This document shows positions 9,817-19,466 of a DNA stretch of 56,133 nucleotides, piece by piece. The translations under genes and the position numbers were made by a program. Source of the stretch: a virus. Its lineage: Duplodnaviria > Caudoviricetes. The stretch is taken from positions 1 to 56,133 of the IMG/VR virus record IMGVR_UViG_3300024232_000014, one strand, 5' to 3'. Each line of letters starts with the position of its first letter. The first letter of the stretch is position 1. The notes below the pieces were generated by a model. That model saw only the letters and a list, made by a program, of their open reading frames with translations, was not told the origin of the DNA and made no database searches.

Positions 9817-10149
9817 TCAGTTTCCCAGGGCCGCGTGGCCCGTCTCATCGTTCGCAGTGAAAGCGCGGAGCGTTGCCCCGGCCGCGACGAGTGCCTGGTA
9901 GAGCCTGGCGGGCCCGGTGGACCCGCCGCCGCTGTCCAGGTACATCACGTCGCCGTTACGGAAGGTGACCGGCTGGCCCTCGGCCCAGGCCGAGGACGCG
10001 CCGAGCGTCGAGCCGGTGCCGAAGTTGGCAGGAGCACCGACGCCAGTGGTCGTCGATGGAGTACCGGCGATCACGTCGGGCGTGAACGTGCCCGCCGCAA
10101 TGGTGATGCCTGCCGGTGGTGCTCCGATGACCATCCTGGTCGCTGCCAC
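9817..10149 (-). CDS. hypothetical structural protein
   Basis: GGAGG RBS; tight operon packing. Confidence 0.6.
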   Translation of the reverse strand: MAATRMVIGAPPAGITIAAGTFTPDVIAGTPSTTTGVGAPANFGTGSTLGASSAWAEGQPVTFRNGDVMYLDSGGGSTGPARLYQALVAAGATLRAFTANDETGHAALGN

Positions 10150-10158
10150 GCCTGCCTC

Positions 10159-10578
10159 CTAGAACGCGGTCTGCGGGATCTTCTGGATGTTGGTGAAGGT
10201 AGGTGCCAGTGCTGCCACTGTCACGCCCACCCCGCTGTTGTGGTTGAAGTCGAGATCCGCGATGGGGACGCTCGTCCCGGTGACCGTGCCGTTCACCACG
10301 ACGACTTCGCTGCTCGCGCCGTCGTTGATGAACAGCACCTGGCCGACCGAGAAGATAGTCGCGCCGCTCGCGAACGGCAGGGCCGTGCTGACTCCTGCCG
10401 TCACCGCGCCGTTGGTGCTCAACCCGCCGGTGCCAGCCGCGAACGTGTACTGCCATTCGCAGCCCGAGCACCTGTAGATGGTTTCCGGGCCCGTCGACTG
10501 GAACAGGCGCAGGCACTTGCACTTGGGGCAGGTGACCGTGACGCTGAGCGGCACGCCCGTGCCCGGAATCCATGTCAT
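10159..10578 (-). CDS. hypothetical protein with N-terminal Zn ribbon
   Basis: CPKC...CSGC followed by a beta-rich domain. Confidence 0.6.
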   Translation of the reverse strand: MTWIPGTGVPLSVTVTCPKCKCLRLFQSTGPETIYRCSGCEWQYTFAAGTGGLSTNGAVTAGVSTALPFASGATIFSVGQVLFINDGASSEVVVVNGTVTGTSVPIADLDFNHNSGVGVTVAALAPTFTNIQKIPQTAF

Positions 10579-10581
10579 GAG

Positions 10582-11235
10582 CTATCGGCCTCTCTGCTCC
10601 TGCTCGTCCACGCCAGCCCGTAGCTGGCTGAGGATAGCGGGATCAACCTGGTCGCGGATGTCGGCAGCGGCACGCGACGGCGGGAGGTCGAGCGCGTCTA
10701 CCGTGCGCTGTCCCTGCACCGTCTCCTGCCCGGCCGAGGCCTCGCTGCCGGGAACCGGCGGAGTGGCCTCCGGGATGTTGCGGACCTCGATCGTCGAGCT
10801 TCCCCGAGGGTCCGGCCGCGCGTGCAGCGGCGGGCCGTGCAGCGCCCCGGACATGGCGATCGGAGGCAGCGGAGCTTCCCCGCTGCGGCTCTCCGGACCG
10901 TGCAGCCTGCGCACGGCGGGAGCGCGGCGGCCGTCGCGCCGGGGGTCGCAGCGCGTGTACGTCGCCGCTTCCTCCGGGGTCAGGTAAACCGTCTCGCCCC
11001 TCATCACCAGGTCGGTCTTGTGGTCAGGGTCGTTGCGCCGTGGCACTGCCAGGTTGGCCAGTGCCTCGTACGGCTCGCCGATGCGGATGGCTGGCTGGTG
11101 AACGGTCTGCGTGGCCTGGTAGCGGGCCATCAGCTCGTTCATCACCGCCAGTTCCTGCTCGGACAGGCCGCGCGGCCCGCCAGCCTCCTTGGCTTGAGGC
11201 TGGCGCGGCGCGGTCTTGGTGGCTGGTGCTGCCAT
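10582..11235 (-). CDS. hypothetical protein downstream of capsid
   Basis: 217 aa, ATG with GGAG RBS immediately after capsid stop. Confidence 0.6.
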   Translation of the reverse strand: MAAPATKTAPRQPQAKEAGGPRGLSEQELAVMNELMARYQATQTVHQPAIRIGEPYEALANLAVPRRNDPDHKTDLVMRGETVYLTPEEAATYTRCDPRRDGRRAPAVRRLHGPESRSGEAPLPPIAMSGALHGPPLHARPDPRGSSTIEVRNIPEATPPVPGSEASAGQETVQGQRTVDALDLPPSRAAADIRDQVDPAILSQLRAGVDEQEQRGR

Positions 11236-11241
11236 TCGGGA

Positions 11242-12153
11242 TCAGACTCCGGAGAGAAGGCAGAGCGACAGCGGCTGGTCAAGGCCGATTGCCGATGCGC
11301 GCTGCGTGTCGGAACGCCAGGTCTTGCGCGGCTCGTCGCGGTACAGGGGACCCGCGAGGAACGGCAGCTCGTCTGCGTAGAAGCCCGAGCGGTGGCGCTG
11401 CATGACGATGGCGTTACCCGCAGGGACCTGGCGCGAGACGAGCACGTCCAGGTTGAAGATCTTCTGCGGGAGCACGCCGGTGTACTGGAGGTTCTCCGAC
11501 GCGATGTCGCCGATGTACGGGGCGGCGAACGTGCTGCTCTGGAGCAGGGTGTTCTTCGTCCCGTGGTTGATGATCAAGGTATCGGCTTCAAAGCCGAGCC
11601 ACTGAGTGACGCCAGAAGGCGAAACGATGTTCGCGTTCTCTACCAGGTAGCACGCCTGTGCGAGGTCCGAGCGGATCGTCGCGGCGGCGGTCGACCAGGG
11701 GTTGGAGACCGCCAGCGTCTGGATGTTGGCGTTGGCGACGACGGCCGAGTAGAACGCGGTGTTCCAGGAGTACACCATGGTGTTCTTCACCTGGAGTAGC
11801 TGCCTGGTCACCGGGTCGATCGACTGGCGGCGGCGCATCTCGTCGGAGACCATGATCGCCATGGCCCGCTCGTGCGAGAACACGACGCGGGGCGTGCCGA
11901 TGGAGGTCGGCATGACCGGGACCTCGCCGAACTCGGGCCGCACCTCGGGGAAGTCGTCGGCGTACAGCGGCGTCGACTCCGAGTAGCGGACCGCGCCGGA
12001 GGGAGCAGCGCCGCCCATGCGGAGAACGGAGTCCATGATGAACTCGTTCTCGGTGATGTCCAGAATGAGCGCTGGGATGACCAAGGGGTCCTTCAGCAGC
12101 TCGTTGACGGTTACTCTCGGAGCATCCGAGTAACCCCGTGCGCCCGTGGGCAT
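11242..12153 (-). CDS. major capsid protein
   Basis: 303 aa; VRPEFGEVP, MVSDEMRRR..IDPV.RQL, DTLIIN, AIGLDQP motifs of HK97-fold actinophage capsids; follows protease and decoration genes. Confidence 0.88.
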   Translation of the reverse strand: MPTGARGYSDAPRVTVNELLKDPLVIPALILDITENEFIMDSVLRMGGAAPSGAVRYSESTPLYADDFPEVRPEFGEVPVMPTSIGTPRVVFSHERAMAIMVSDEMRRRQSIDPVTRQLLQVKNTMVYSWNTAFYSAVVANANIQTLAVSNPWSTAAATIRSDLAQACYLVENANIVSPSGVTQWLGFEADTLIINHGTKNTLLQSSTFAAPYIGDIASENLQYTGVLPQKIFNLDVLVSRQVPAGNAIVMQRHRSGFYADELPFLAGPLYRDEPRKTWRSDTQRASAIGLDQPLSLCLLSGV

Positions 12154-12187
12154 TGGTCACTCCCTCATCTCTCTTGTTGACACGCGG

Positions 12188-12688
12188 CTAGACGAGCCGG
12201 GCCCGGCCCAGGAAGTAAGCTGCGCTTCCCTGGCCGCCGATCTGCTGGGTGAGCATTCCGGCGGAAACCCCGCCGGGGTGGGTGCAGATGGCCACCACCT
12301 GGTCCGATGCCGGGCCAGCGCCCGCTGAGACCACCGTGCCGTTGTTAGCGCCGCCGATGATCAGCTTCTTGCCGGGCACCACAGCGCCCGCGTACCAGAC
12401 CCAGATGTCCGCCGGTCCGTACCACACAGGCACGTAGTCCTGGAGGACGGAGATGTCGATCTGCGGCTGGCCGTAGGAGTTAGCGGCAGCGGTCTGCGGC
12501 GTCACCGTGTTGCCGTCCGCGCCGGCCACGCCGAGAACGGTGACTGAGGCGGACAGCGCGAGCGTCACGGTGTAGTCCGTGCTGCCCGCCACCGACGCGT
12601 TCGGCTGGACGAACTGCCCGCCGTAGATCAGGGTCGCCGCCTGGTAGTTGGCAGGACCGGACTTGTAGTGCGGCAGAACTGCCGACAT
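12188..12688 (-). CDS. head decoration / capsid cement protein
   Basis: 166 aa between scaffold and capsid; I.GGQFV, VLGVA..D motifs. Confidence 0.65.
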   Translation of the reverse strand: MSAVLPHYKSGPANYQAATLIYGGQFVQPNASVAGSTDYTVTLALSASVTVLGVAGADGNTVTPQTAAANSYGQPQIDISVLQDYVPVWYGPADIWVWYAGAVVPGKKLIIGGANNGTVVSAGAGPASDQVVAICTHPGGVSAGMLTQQIGGQGSAAYFLGRARLV

Positions 12689-12723
12689 TAGGCTCCCTTT
12701 CCTTTCCTGGGGTCAGATGCCGG

Positions 12724-13899
12724 TCAGAGGCCGGTCTGGTTCCTGTACCGGGCTACCAGCTCGGTGCGCGCCTGGTCGCCTCGCGCGGTGATGTCCGGCT
12801 CGTCGAAAGTCGAGCCCTGCTCGGAGCTGAGATCGAGCATGCTGGTGAGGCGGCCCATCTCGGCCAGCACGCGCCGCATGACGAGCCCGGCGTCCACGCC
12901 CTCCCCGTTGGCCAGCTCGACGACGTGGCCGCTGCCCTCCAGGAGAGGACGAGCCATGTCGACGATGTAGGGCGGCAGGCCGCCGTTGCGCGTGAGCTTC
13001 TGCTTCTCCAGCTCGTAGGAGTCAGCGTCCATCTTGCGCCGCATGACGCCGAGCTGGCGGTTGGTCTCCGCGAGCTGGATGTTAGCCAGCTCCACCGCGT
13101 CCCCGCCGAAGTTCGACAGGCTCGGGCCCGCGCCCGCTCCCGCGAGCTGCTCGGCCTCGAACTCGTCCTGGAGAGCGTCCAGGTCCTCAGCGTCAAGCTC
13201 GTCGACCAGGGCCGCCAGCTCCTCGTCGGTCAGCTCGTCCTCGTCGTACTCGCCGTCGGTGTCCGTGTCCACGACGCCGAGCAGCGCGTCGAGCTGCTCG
13301 TCGGACAGCGACAGCAGACGGTCGAGCCTCGCCTGCTGTGCTTGGGTCAGGCCAGCCATGCCGGTGTCCTCTCCTGCGATTTCCACGTCCGACAGGTCGT
13401 ACACCTGACCGGCGTCGTTTGACATTTCGACGTACTTCCACGGCCCGAGGTCCGGGATGCGCGGGTCGAGCGTGCCGAGGACGTGCTGCACGGCGGCCGG
13501 GAAGAACTTCCCGTCGGCCCGCTCGTACTCCTCGACGATCCTGGCAGACACGCCCAGCTTCGGGTTCTCGGTGAGCACCTGAGTGCCCCTGGCCGTCGGC
13601 TTCATCTTGATGTACAGCCCGTCATCGCCGAGCCGCATCGAGTGGATCTCGCCCCGGAACCGCTCGGGGTCGTTGGTGTGCGTGTTCTGCGCGTCCGCGA
13701 GCTGGAACGGCACCTGGTTGTAGGCCTGCGAGTTGAACGAGGTAACCAGGCTGCTGAGGTAGCTCGGGGTGAAGCTGAGCTTGCGGCCCTTGTAGTTGAT
13801 CTCCCCGATAGGGAGGATGCGCTTCTCCCAGAAGCCGTTGCCCACCGGCCTGGCGGCCGAGAGGTCAATCGGCGTGAGGATGGTCAGCCGCGCGCCCAC
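12724..13899 (-). CDS. capsid maturation protease fused to scaffold (Mu gpI-like)
   Basis: N-terminal ILP.G.I.Y.GR.L.F, H..DPE...G.I, LY......G, VSA.I, HV.GTLDP.I..L..W; acidic coiled-coil C-terminal half. Confidence 0.8.
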   Translation of the reverse strand: MGARLTILTPIDLSAARPVGNGFWEKRILPIGEINYKGRKLSFTPSYLSSLVTSFNSQAYNQVPFQLADAQNTHTNDPERFRGEIHSMRLGDDGLYIKMKPTARGTQVLTENPKLGVSARIVEEYERADGKFFPAAVQHVLGTLDPRIPDLGPWKYVEMSNDAGQVYDLSDVEIAGEDTGMAGLTQAQQARLDRLLSLSDEQLDALLGVVDTDTDGEYDEDELTDEELAALVDELDAEDLDALQDEFEAEQLAGAGAGPSLSNFGGDAVELANIQLAETNRQLGVMRRKMDADSYELEKQKLTRNGGLPPYIVDMARPLLEGSGHVVELANGEGVDAGLVMRRVLAEMGRLTSMLDLSSEQGSTFDEPDITARGDQARTELVARYRNQTGL

Positions 13900-14843
13900 T
13901 AGCTGGCCTTTCGTCCGAAGTTCTGAGCCCGCATGGCCATCTTCCGCGCGACGTCCATCTTCATGCCGCGCTTCATGAGCTTCTTGTAGATGGCCACGCC
14001 CCTGGGCGACAGGCCTCCGGCTCCGTCGTTGTCCGTGTCGCCGGTGGACGAGTCGTCATCATCGCCGTCGTTGTCCGGGTCGGAGGCGAACGCCCGCACG
14101 TTCCCGATCCCGAGCTGTGCCAGCAGCTCGGGCTGGCGCGGCGGTGCCTGGAGGGGCATCGTCGGCCTGGCGGGGTCGAGCGCGGTGCGGTTCCAGGTGC
14201 CGATCAGCTCCTGGAGCGCGGCGCGCTGGTGCGTGTGCGGGGACAGCTCCTTGCCGTCGATCAGCGAGCGCCAGGCGTTGTCCTCGCCTACGCCGATCTC
14301 GCCGATCAGCTCGCCGCCCATGCGGTGGCGGATGACCGCCGTGCCCGAGCCGCTGCGGCTGACGATGATGTCGGCGGCGTTGCGAACCGGGACGCGCGGC
14401 CTGCCGTTCGCCATCAGCAGTGCGCGCGTCCCGGTGTTGGCCAGGCCGACACTCGCTGTCCTGACGCCAATGGACTGCTCCGTGAAACCGGCCCGGCTCG
14501 CCCAGTCACCGCGAGCCTGGGTCTGAAGCTCCGGTGGCTGGCGGGGCGAGGATGTGCCGGACGCTCCGCCGCTGATCGCAAAGTCGGCGTCGTCCGATTC
14601 GTACCCGCAATTGGGGCACCTCGCCGTGCTTCCCGCGAGATCTACTGTTGCCCACGGGGTATTCGAGTGACCGTGGGACCGTCCGTGACTGCTCAACTTG
14701 GCAAATCCCTTCCGGCCGTACTTCTTGCGCCCGATGTAGGCCGCCAGGGCACCGGGGTTGGTCGCTCCGCGAGCTGCGAGCTTGGCAGACAGTGCCTTGA
14801 AATTGGCACCGCTGCCGGGCGGAGCGCCTGCCGTCGTAGGCAT
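13899..14843 (-). CDS. multi-module head-associated protein
   Basis: GGAGG RBS; NPGALAAYIGRKKYG module, CPNCG knuckle, acidic stretch; carries HSN..VDLA and LAN..LLMA motifs. Confidence 0.7.
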   Translation of the reverse strand: MPTTAGAPPGSGANFKALSAKLAARGATNPGALAAYIGRKKYGRKGFAKLSSHGRSHGHSNTPWATVDLAGSTARCPNCGYESDDADFAISGGASGTSSPRQPPELQTQARGDWASRAGFTEQSIGVRTASVGLANTGTRALLMANGRPRVPVRNAADIIVSRSGSGTAVIRHRMGGELIGEIGVGEDNAWRSLIDGKELSPHTHQRAALQELIGTWNRTALDPARPTMPLQAPPRQPELLAQLGIGNVRAFASDPDNDGDDDDSSTGDTDNDGAGGLSPRGVAIYKKLMKRGMKMDVARKMAMRAQNFGRKAS

Positions 14844-14876
14844 AACGCGGTTCCCTCCTGGTCACCTATCGCGACC

Positions 14877-14907
14877 ATAGTAGCTCTAACTGCCTGCCTG
14901 CCTGCAA
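14877..14907 (-). promoter_or_regulatory. possible housekeeping-sigma promoter for head genes
   Basis: TTGCAG-N19-TACTAT in the 80-bp gap; spacer is long; shares TTGCAGGCAGGC with the 45835..45862 site. Confidence 0.35.
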
Positions 14908-14923
14908 TAACATGCCGACAGTT

Positions 14924-17734
14924 TTAAGCCGCGCTCATCGCCAGTCTCGCGAATTGCGCCGCCTCTATTTCATTCAGTCCCAGCACTTCCATCGCAGCTT
15001 GTGCAACGCCTCTCGTGACTTCTCTCAGTGCACGTGAGTAATCCTCGTCCGCTGCGTGGTCCTTGATGCTCTGCGCCTTGGTGGCAATGGCCCTGCGGGT
15101 CTTGGCGATCATGTCGATGAACGCGGGACCGGCTGCTCCGACGGTCGCGGCGATCATCGGCACGACGACCTCCCACAGGTCCTTGCCGGAGATCGCCTCA
15201 CCGCCCGTGTGCACGCCGTAGCGGAAGGCCAGGAATCCGGCGAGGCCGCCCAGGGACGTGCCAAGGGCGATGCGGAAGTTGCTGTTGCGCTCGGAGATAA
15301 GCTCGGAGATCTTCTCGCTGGCCGCCAGCCTCTTCTCGGCTTCCTTGGCGCGCTCGGTCTCGGCCTGCTCCGCCTTCTGGGCGCGCAGCGACTCCATCTT
15401 CGCCAGCCGCTCATTGCGGCGCGTCGCCTGCTGGCTGAGGCTGCTGGCCGTCTGGACAGCCAGGACCGCCTCGGCGAGAGACTTGTTCAGCTCGTCCTGC
15501 CGGGACAGCAGGTCACTGAGCTGCCTGTTCTGCGCGTCGGAGAGGTTCATGCTCGCCGCGAACGCCTTGACGCCCTGGGAGAAGTCCCTGGTGGCGTCCT
15601 CCAGGCCGGTGCTGGAGGCCTTGAAGCTGCCCGGCGAGACGCCAGAGGTGCGGGCGATGTCCTCGGCAGACCTGCCCGGCGTCTTGGTCTTGCCTTCCAT
15701 CGAGGCCCGCATGGCGGCCCTGATGTGCGGGGTCGCGGCCTTGGGCCCGCCCCTGTCCGGCGTTGCCTGGCTGCGCACGGAGTTGAGCGGGTGGTACTCG
15801 CGCCTGGACTGGCGCACCTCGTCCAGGGTCTTGAACGTGCTCTTCCTGGTGCGCGCCGGCAACGGCCCCTCCATCGACGGCATGCTGCCACCAGCCCGCT
15901 CGAACTCGCCGTGCTTGCCGCGCTTGAGGTGAAAGTGACCGAGGAATGCCAGGTCAGACCCGAACCTGGACAGCTCGATCTGCTCGCCTAGCGATCCGGG
16001 CTGCTCCCCAGGGCTTCCTGGAGCTGCGCGGCCATCTTGTCGGCTGCCGCCAGCCGCTCCTCCTCCGGCAAGTCCCAGTACCCCTCCGGCACCAAGACGT
16101 GAGCCTTCTGAGGAGCGCCAGGCGAGGTTGTGGTCGATGATCCGTCCGCCACCGCTGCCTCCGGTGTTAATGGTGCTGAATGTGTTCAAGTCAAAGATAC
16201 CTACCTGGTCGCGCTCCTTGCCCAGGCGCTCCGCTTCTGCACGGTCCTGCACGTTCTGAGACGGGTCCAGCCAGAGATGGCCGTCTTCGACCCAGCCGCC
16301 GATGTACATGTCCTTGCCCTCGAACGAGCTGCGCTCGGACATGAGCATGTCGTCGATGGCCCGCCGTAGCTTGGCGCGGTCGTCGAGGATGGATGCCGGG
16401 TAACGGTGCGTGTGCCCGTCGAGCGCGACCATGTACCCGTGCACCGGCTGGCCGCCGGTCAGCGGGGAGACGGAGAAGCCCTCGCGGTCCTTCTCCATGA
16501 CCTTCACCGCGTCACTGGCCCCGCCGAACTTCGTCCACCGGCCGCGCGAGTCACGCGCCTGCATCGGGTTGAACGCCAGCTCGATCTGCTCGCCGAGGCT
16601 GCCGGAGAACGAGATCGGGTTCTCGTGCACGACGGCCGTGGTGCCCTTGTGCGTGGCGATGGTATGCCCGATGGCGTGCTGCTCCCAGGTGTCCCAGGCG
16701 CGCGAGGCGCGGCTGAACCTGCCCTTGGCCTCCTTCGCGCCTGCTACCTCCGAGAGCTTGCGGCCCTGCTTCACCAGCTCCTCGGCCTGCGCGACCAGGG
16801 CGGCGTCCAGCTCGTTGTTCTTGCGCTGCTGGCGCAGCCAGGTAATCGCCTGGACCTGGTGCGGGGCGATGTCGATACCGTCGCGGCGCGAGATGTCGAG
16901 CGCGGCCTTGCGGTACATGTCGGCCATGTACTGGTAGGTGTACGTCGAGCCGACCGGCGCGGCGGGCAGCTCCGATCGGTAGGCCTTCACCTGGTCTTCG
17001 TTCCAGTCCGGGTGCTCGGCGCGCACGTCGGCGTAGCTCGGGGTGTCCGTCTGGTCCTTGGTGAGCCGCCGCCCGGCCGCAACCGACAGCGCGTGCCGGT
17101 CCATGACGACCAGGCCCTCGGTGTCGTCCGGCGTGTCCCCGCCGTTGCGGATGAGCTGGTAGAACGCGTGCGTCTTGGGTGCCCCGGTCGGGAACAGGTC
17201 GTCGTAGGGCCCGTGGTCGCGCCCCAGGATGGCGTTGGCCTTGGTCTTCACCGCGCCGGTGATGCCCGTGCCGTGCTCGGGCGAGTGCCCCAGCTCCAGC
17301 GCGTGCGCCGCGTTCAGCGCGTTGGTCTGCCAGTCGGTCTGCGGGCTGTAGCAGGCCAGCAGCGCCGCGCCCTTGTCCGCGTCGCCGCCGCCGATCATCC
17401 GGGCCACGGTGTGCGCGTCGGAGTACCAGCGCATACCCTGGTCGCGCTCGTCGGTGTTGGCATCGTCGAACGCCGCGACGATGTTCTTGCTGCTCAGCCC
17501 GTACTTCTTGATGAACGCGTTGTCGCTGGCCTTGGCCTTGTTCGCGGCCACGCGGTCAACGGGAGGCTCCTTGTAGCGCTCGCCCGAGCCCCACTTCATC
17601 CCGGACAGCGTGCCCATGACGGTGCTGCCGTCCCGCGACCACTCGCCGTGGGCGTTGCGGTGCTCCAGCGGGTTGTACCGCCAGCCCAGGTCGATGAGCT
17701 GGCTGCCGAGCGAGTCGTCTGTCATCAGGCTCAT
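14924..17734 (-). CDS. large multi-domain head-associated (polyvalent-type) protein
   Basis: 936 aa; HhH-glycosylase-like region (WY..A, YSPQ..W..N, PKT.AF, V.MDRHA, P.QVQAITW), second domain (GFSV.P..G..P..GYMV, YIGGW, LD.S, A..LG....Q..IFDL), coiled coil plus two hydrophobic helices; three xQ(L)I[ED]L + RxxxGxW/F motifs. Confidence 0.75.
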   Translation of the reverse strand: MSLMTDDSLGSQLIDLGWRYNPLEHRNAHGEWSRDGSTVMGTLSGMKWGSGERYKEPPVDRVAANKAKASDNAFIKKYGLSSKNIVAAFDDANTDERDQGMRWYSDAHTVARMIGGGDADKGAALLACYSPQTDWQTNALNAAHALELGHSPEHGTGITGAVKTKANAILGRDHGPYDDLFPTGAPKTHAFYQLIRNGGDTPDDTEGLVVMDRHALSVAAGRRLTKDQTDTPSYADVRAEHPDWNEDQVKAYRSELPAAPVGSTYTYQYMADMYRKAALDISRRDGIDIAPHQVQAITWLRQQRKNNELDAALVAQAEELVKQGRKLSEVAGAKEAKGRFSRASRAWDTWEQHAIGHTIATHKGTTAVVHENPISFSGSLGEQIELAFNPMQARDSRGRWTKFGGASDAVKVMEKDREGFSVSPLTGGQPVHGYMVALDGHTHRYPASILDDRAKLRRAIDDMLMSERSSFEGKDMYIGGWVEDGHLWLDPSQNVQDRAEAERLGKERDQVGIFDLNTFSTINTGGSGGGRIIDHNLAWRSSEGSRLGAGGVLGLAGGGAAGGSRQDGRAAPGSPGEQPGSLGEQIELSRFGSDLAFLGHFHLKRGKHGEFERAGGSMPSMEGPLPARTRKSTFKTLDEVRQSRREYHPLNSVRSQATPDRGGPKAATPHIRAAMRASMEGKTKTPGRSAEDIARTSGVSPGSFKASSTGLEDATRDFSQGVKAFAASMNLSDAQNRQLSDLLSRQDELNKSLAEAVLAVQTASSLSQQATRRNERLAKMESLRAQKAEQAETERAKEAEKRLAASEKISELISERNSNFRIALGTSLGGLAGFLAFRYGVHTGGEAISGKDLWEVVVPMIAATVGAAGPAFIDMIAKTRRAIATKAQSIKDHAADEDYSRALREVTRGVAQAAMEVLGLNEIEAAQFARLAMSAA

Positions 17735-17943
17735 TGCGTCCTCGTCTCATCGGGAGCCATCCGGCCGAGCACCCGCACCACGTCGCCGACCTCGGCGAGC
17801 GCGGGCTTGTTGCCGGTGCCGAGCAGCCCGATGCCGATCTGGCGCACCTGCTCCATGGCGTCGGCAGACCGGGCAGCCGGATCGTGCCCAGCCCATTCAA
17901 GCAGGCCGTAGGCGCGCTGTCCTTCCGGAGTACGGCCGGTCAC
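17731..17943 (-). CDS. small hypothetical protein
   Basis: GTG at 17943 overlapping upstream TGA; its stop overlaps the next ATG (ATGA). Confidence 0.55.
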   Translation of the reverse strand: MTGRTPEGQRAYGLLEWAGHDPAARSADAMEQVRQIGIGLLGTGNKPALAEVGDVVRVLGRMAPDETRTQ

Positions 17944-19466
17944 GGCTTGGCCCCCTCGCCGTTCTTCTTGATCACCTGGCGGATCTTCTTCCTGGCCAGG
18001 TCGATGGTCACCTGCGGGTGGCCCTCTTTCCACTGGTGCTTCACGATGTCCTCGGCTTCCCCGATCGCTTCCACGACGGTGCTGTCCGTGATCGTCCCAG
18101 GACGGTAGCCCATGGTGCTGAAGATGAGCGCGGCCATGTGGCGCACCTTGCCCGCCGTGCCCTGGCTGTTGATCTGGTCGGCGATCCAGCCGATCTTCTC
18201 CGGGTCTTCCTTGCCGCCGTCGAGCACTGCGATGTACGCGCTGAAGTTGTAGGCGTCGGCTGTCCACTGGTTGTAGTGCTGCCAGGACGTTCCGTTGCGG
18301 ATGCGCTGCGGGCTGGCCATGTCCCTGGCCCACTCGCCGACGTTCTTGTTCGGCACCTCGTACATGTCATCGAGCTTGCGCTTGATGTCCCTGGCGCGCT
18401 CGGTGTAGTGCGGGTCGCCGAGGTGCCTCACGCGGGTCACCGCGTCGCCGATAGTCTCGATGTCCTCGTCCGAGCGCAGGTCGCGGAGAATGGCGCGGAT
18501 TTTCCCGGCCTCCTGCGTCTCAGGCGGGCGGCCGTCTTTCTCCAGCTCACCGGCCAGGTCGCCGAGTGAGGCCATCACCTGGTCCTGCTTGTCCTGGAAT
18601 ACCTGGTCAGCATTGTCGACCGGGAACCGCGTCTTGCGGTCCGCTACTCCGGTAGCCCTGAAGAACTCCTCGGCGTGCTGCGCGGTGCCGAGCTGGGTGA
18701 ATCCCTCTTCGATCGCCCTGACGCTGCTGTCCTTCTCGTTGTAGGCCATGCTGTCGTCAGCGCGGAACTCGTTCGGCTTCTCGTGCTCGCCTTTCGGCTC
18801 GACGGCATGGATCATCTCGTGCAGCGGCACGATCAGCGGGTCAGGGTCGTCTACCGTCTCGCCGGGCTTGTCGAGAATTGCCGTCAGCTCTTTGGCGGTG
18901 TTCTCCTCGATGAACATCTGCCCGTCCCAGCCCATCTGGGCAAGGGCACCTGGATGCTCGTTCTCGCTGAACTCTTCCGGAGGCTTCCCGTTCCAGTAGA
19001 GAGCGGTATTGTCGCCGAAAAGCGCCGGGACGATACGCACGTTCTTCTGCATCCATTCGTGGATGCGCTCTATTTCCGGGCTGTCTCCCGGTATTTCCCC
19101 GCCTGGATTCAATGCCGCGATAGCGTCCTTGTACGCCGCTACCCTGACTCTGGCATCATCGACAACTGACTTATTGGTCGATTCGTGCGTGATCCGGTAG
19201 GCGTACTCGAATGCGCTGGAAAGCGAGTCGGCAGCCTTCTGGTCGTCTCCGTCCCTCAGCGCTTTTATCGCATTGCCGAGGTGCCTGTCCTCGGTGTACC
19301 GGGCACCGGGCAGCTTGCTCAGCCGGTTGACGATCCCCTGGTGCGCCGGTGCATCCAGTGCTGCGCCTGCGCCGTGCACCCAGCGCCCGTCCGGTGCCCG
19401 TACCTCGTGCCGCCATGCGTTCCGCCAGCCGCCCGACAGCTCGATCTGCTGTCCGGGCGTCGTCAC
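17940..19466 (-). CDS. zincin-like metallopeptidase domain protein
   Basis: HEMIH (HExxH) with downstream IEEG third-ligand motif; N-terminal QQIELS...RAPDGRW. Confidence 0.7.
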   Translation of the reverse strand: MTTPGQQIELSGGWRNAWRHEVRAPDGRWVHGAGAALDAPAHQGIVNRLSKLPGARYTEDRHLGNAIKALRDGDDQKAADSLSSAFEYAYRITHESTNKSVVDDARVRVAAYKDAIAALNPGGEIPGDSPEIERIHEWMQKNVRIVPALFGDNTALYWNGKPPEEFSENEHPGALAQMGWDGQMFIEENTAKELTAILDKPGETVDDPDPLIVPLHEMIHAVEPKGEHEKPNEFRADDSMAYNEKDSSVRAIEEGFTQLGTAQHAEEFFRATGVADRKTRFPVDNADQVFQDKQDQVMASLGDLAGELEKDGRPPETQEAGKIRAILRDLRSDEDIETIGDAVTRVRHLGDPHYTERARDIKRKLDDMYEVPNKNVGEWARDMASPQRIRNGTSWQHYNQWTADAYNFSAYIAVLDGGKEDPEKIGWIADQINSQGTAGKVRHMAALIFSTMGYRPGTITDSTVVEAIGEAEDIVKHQWKEGHPQVTIDLARKKIRQVIKKNGEGAKP

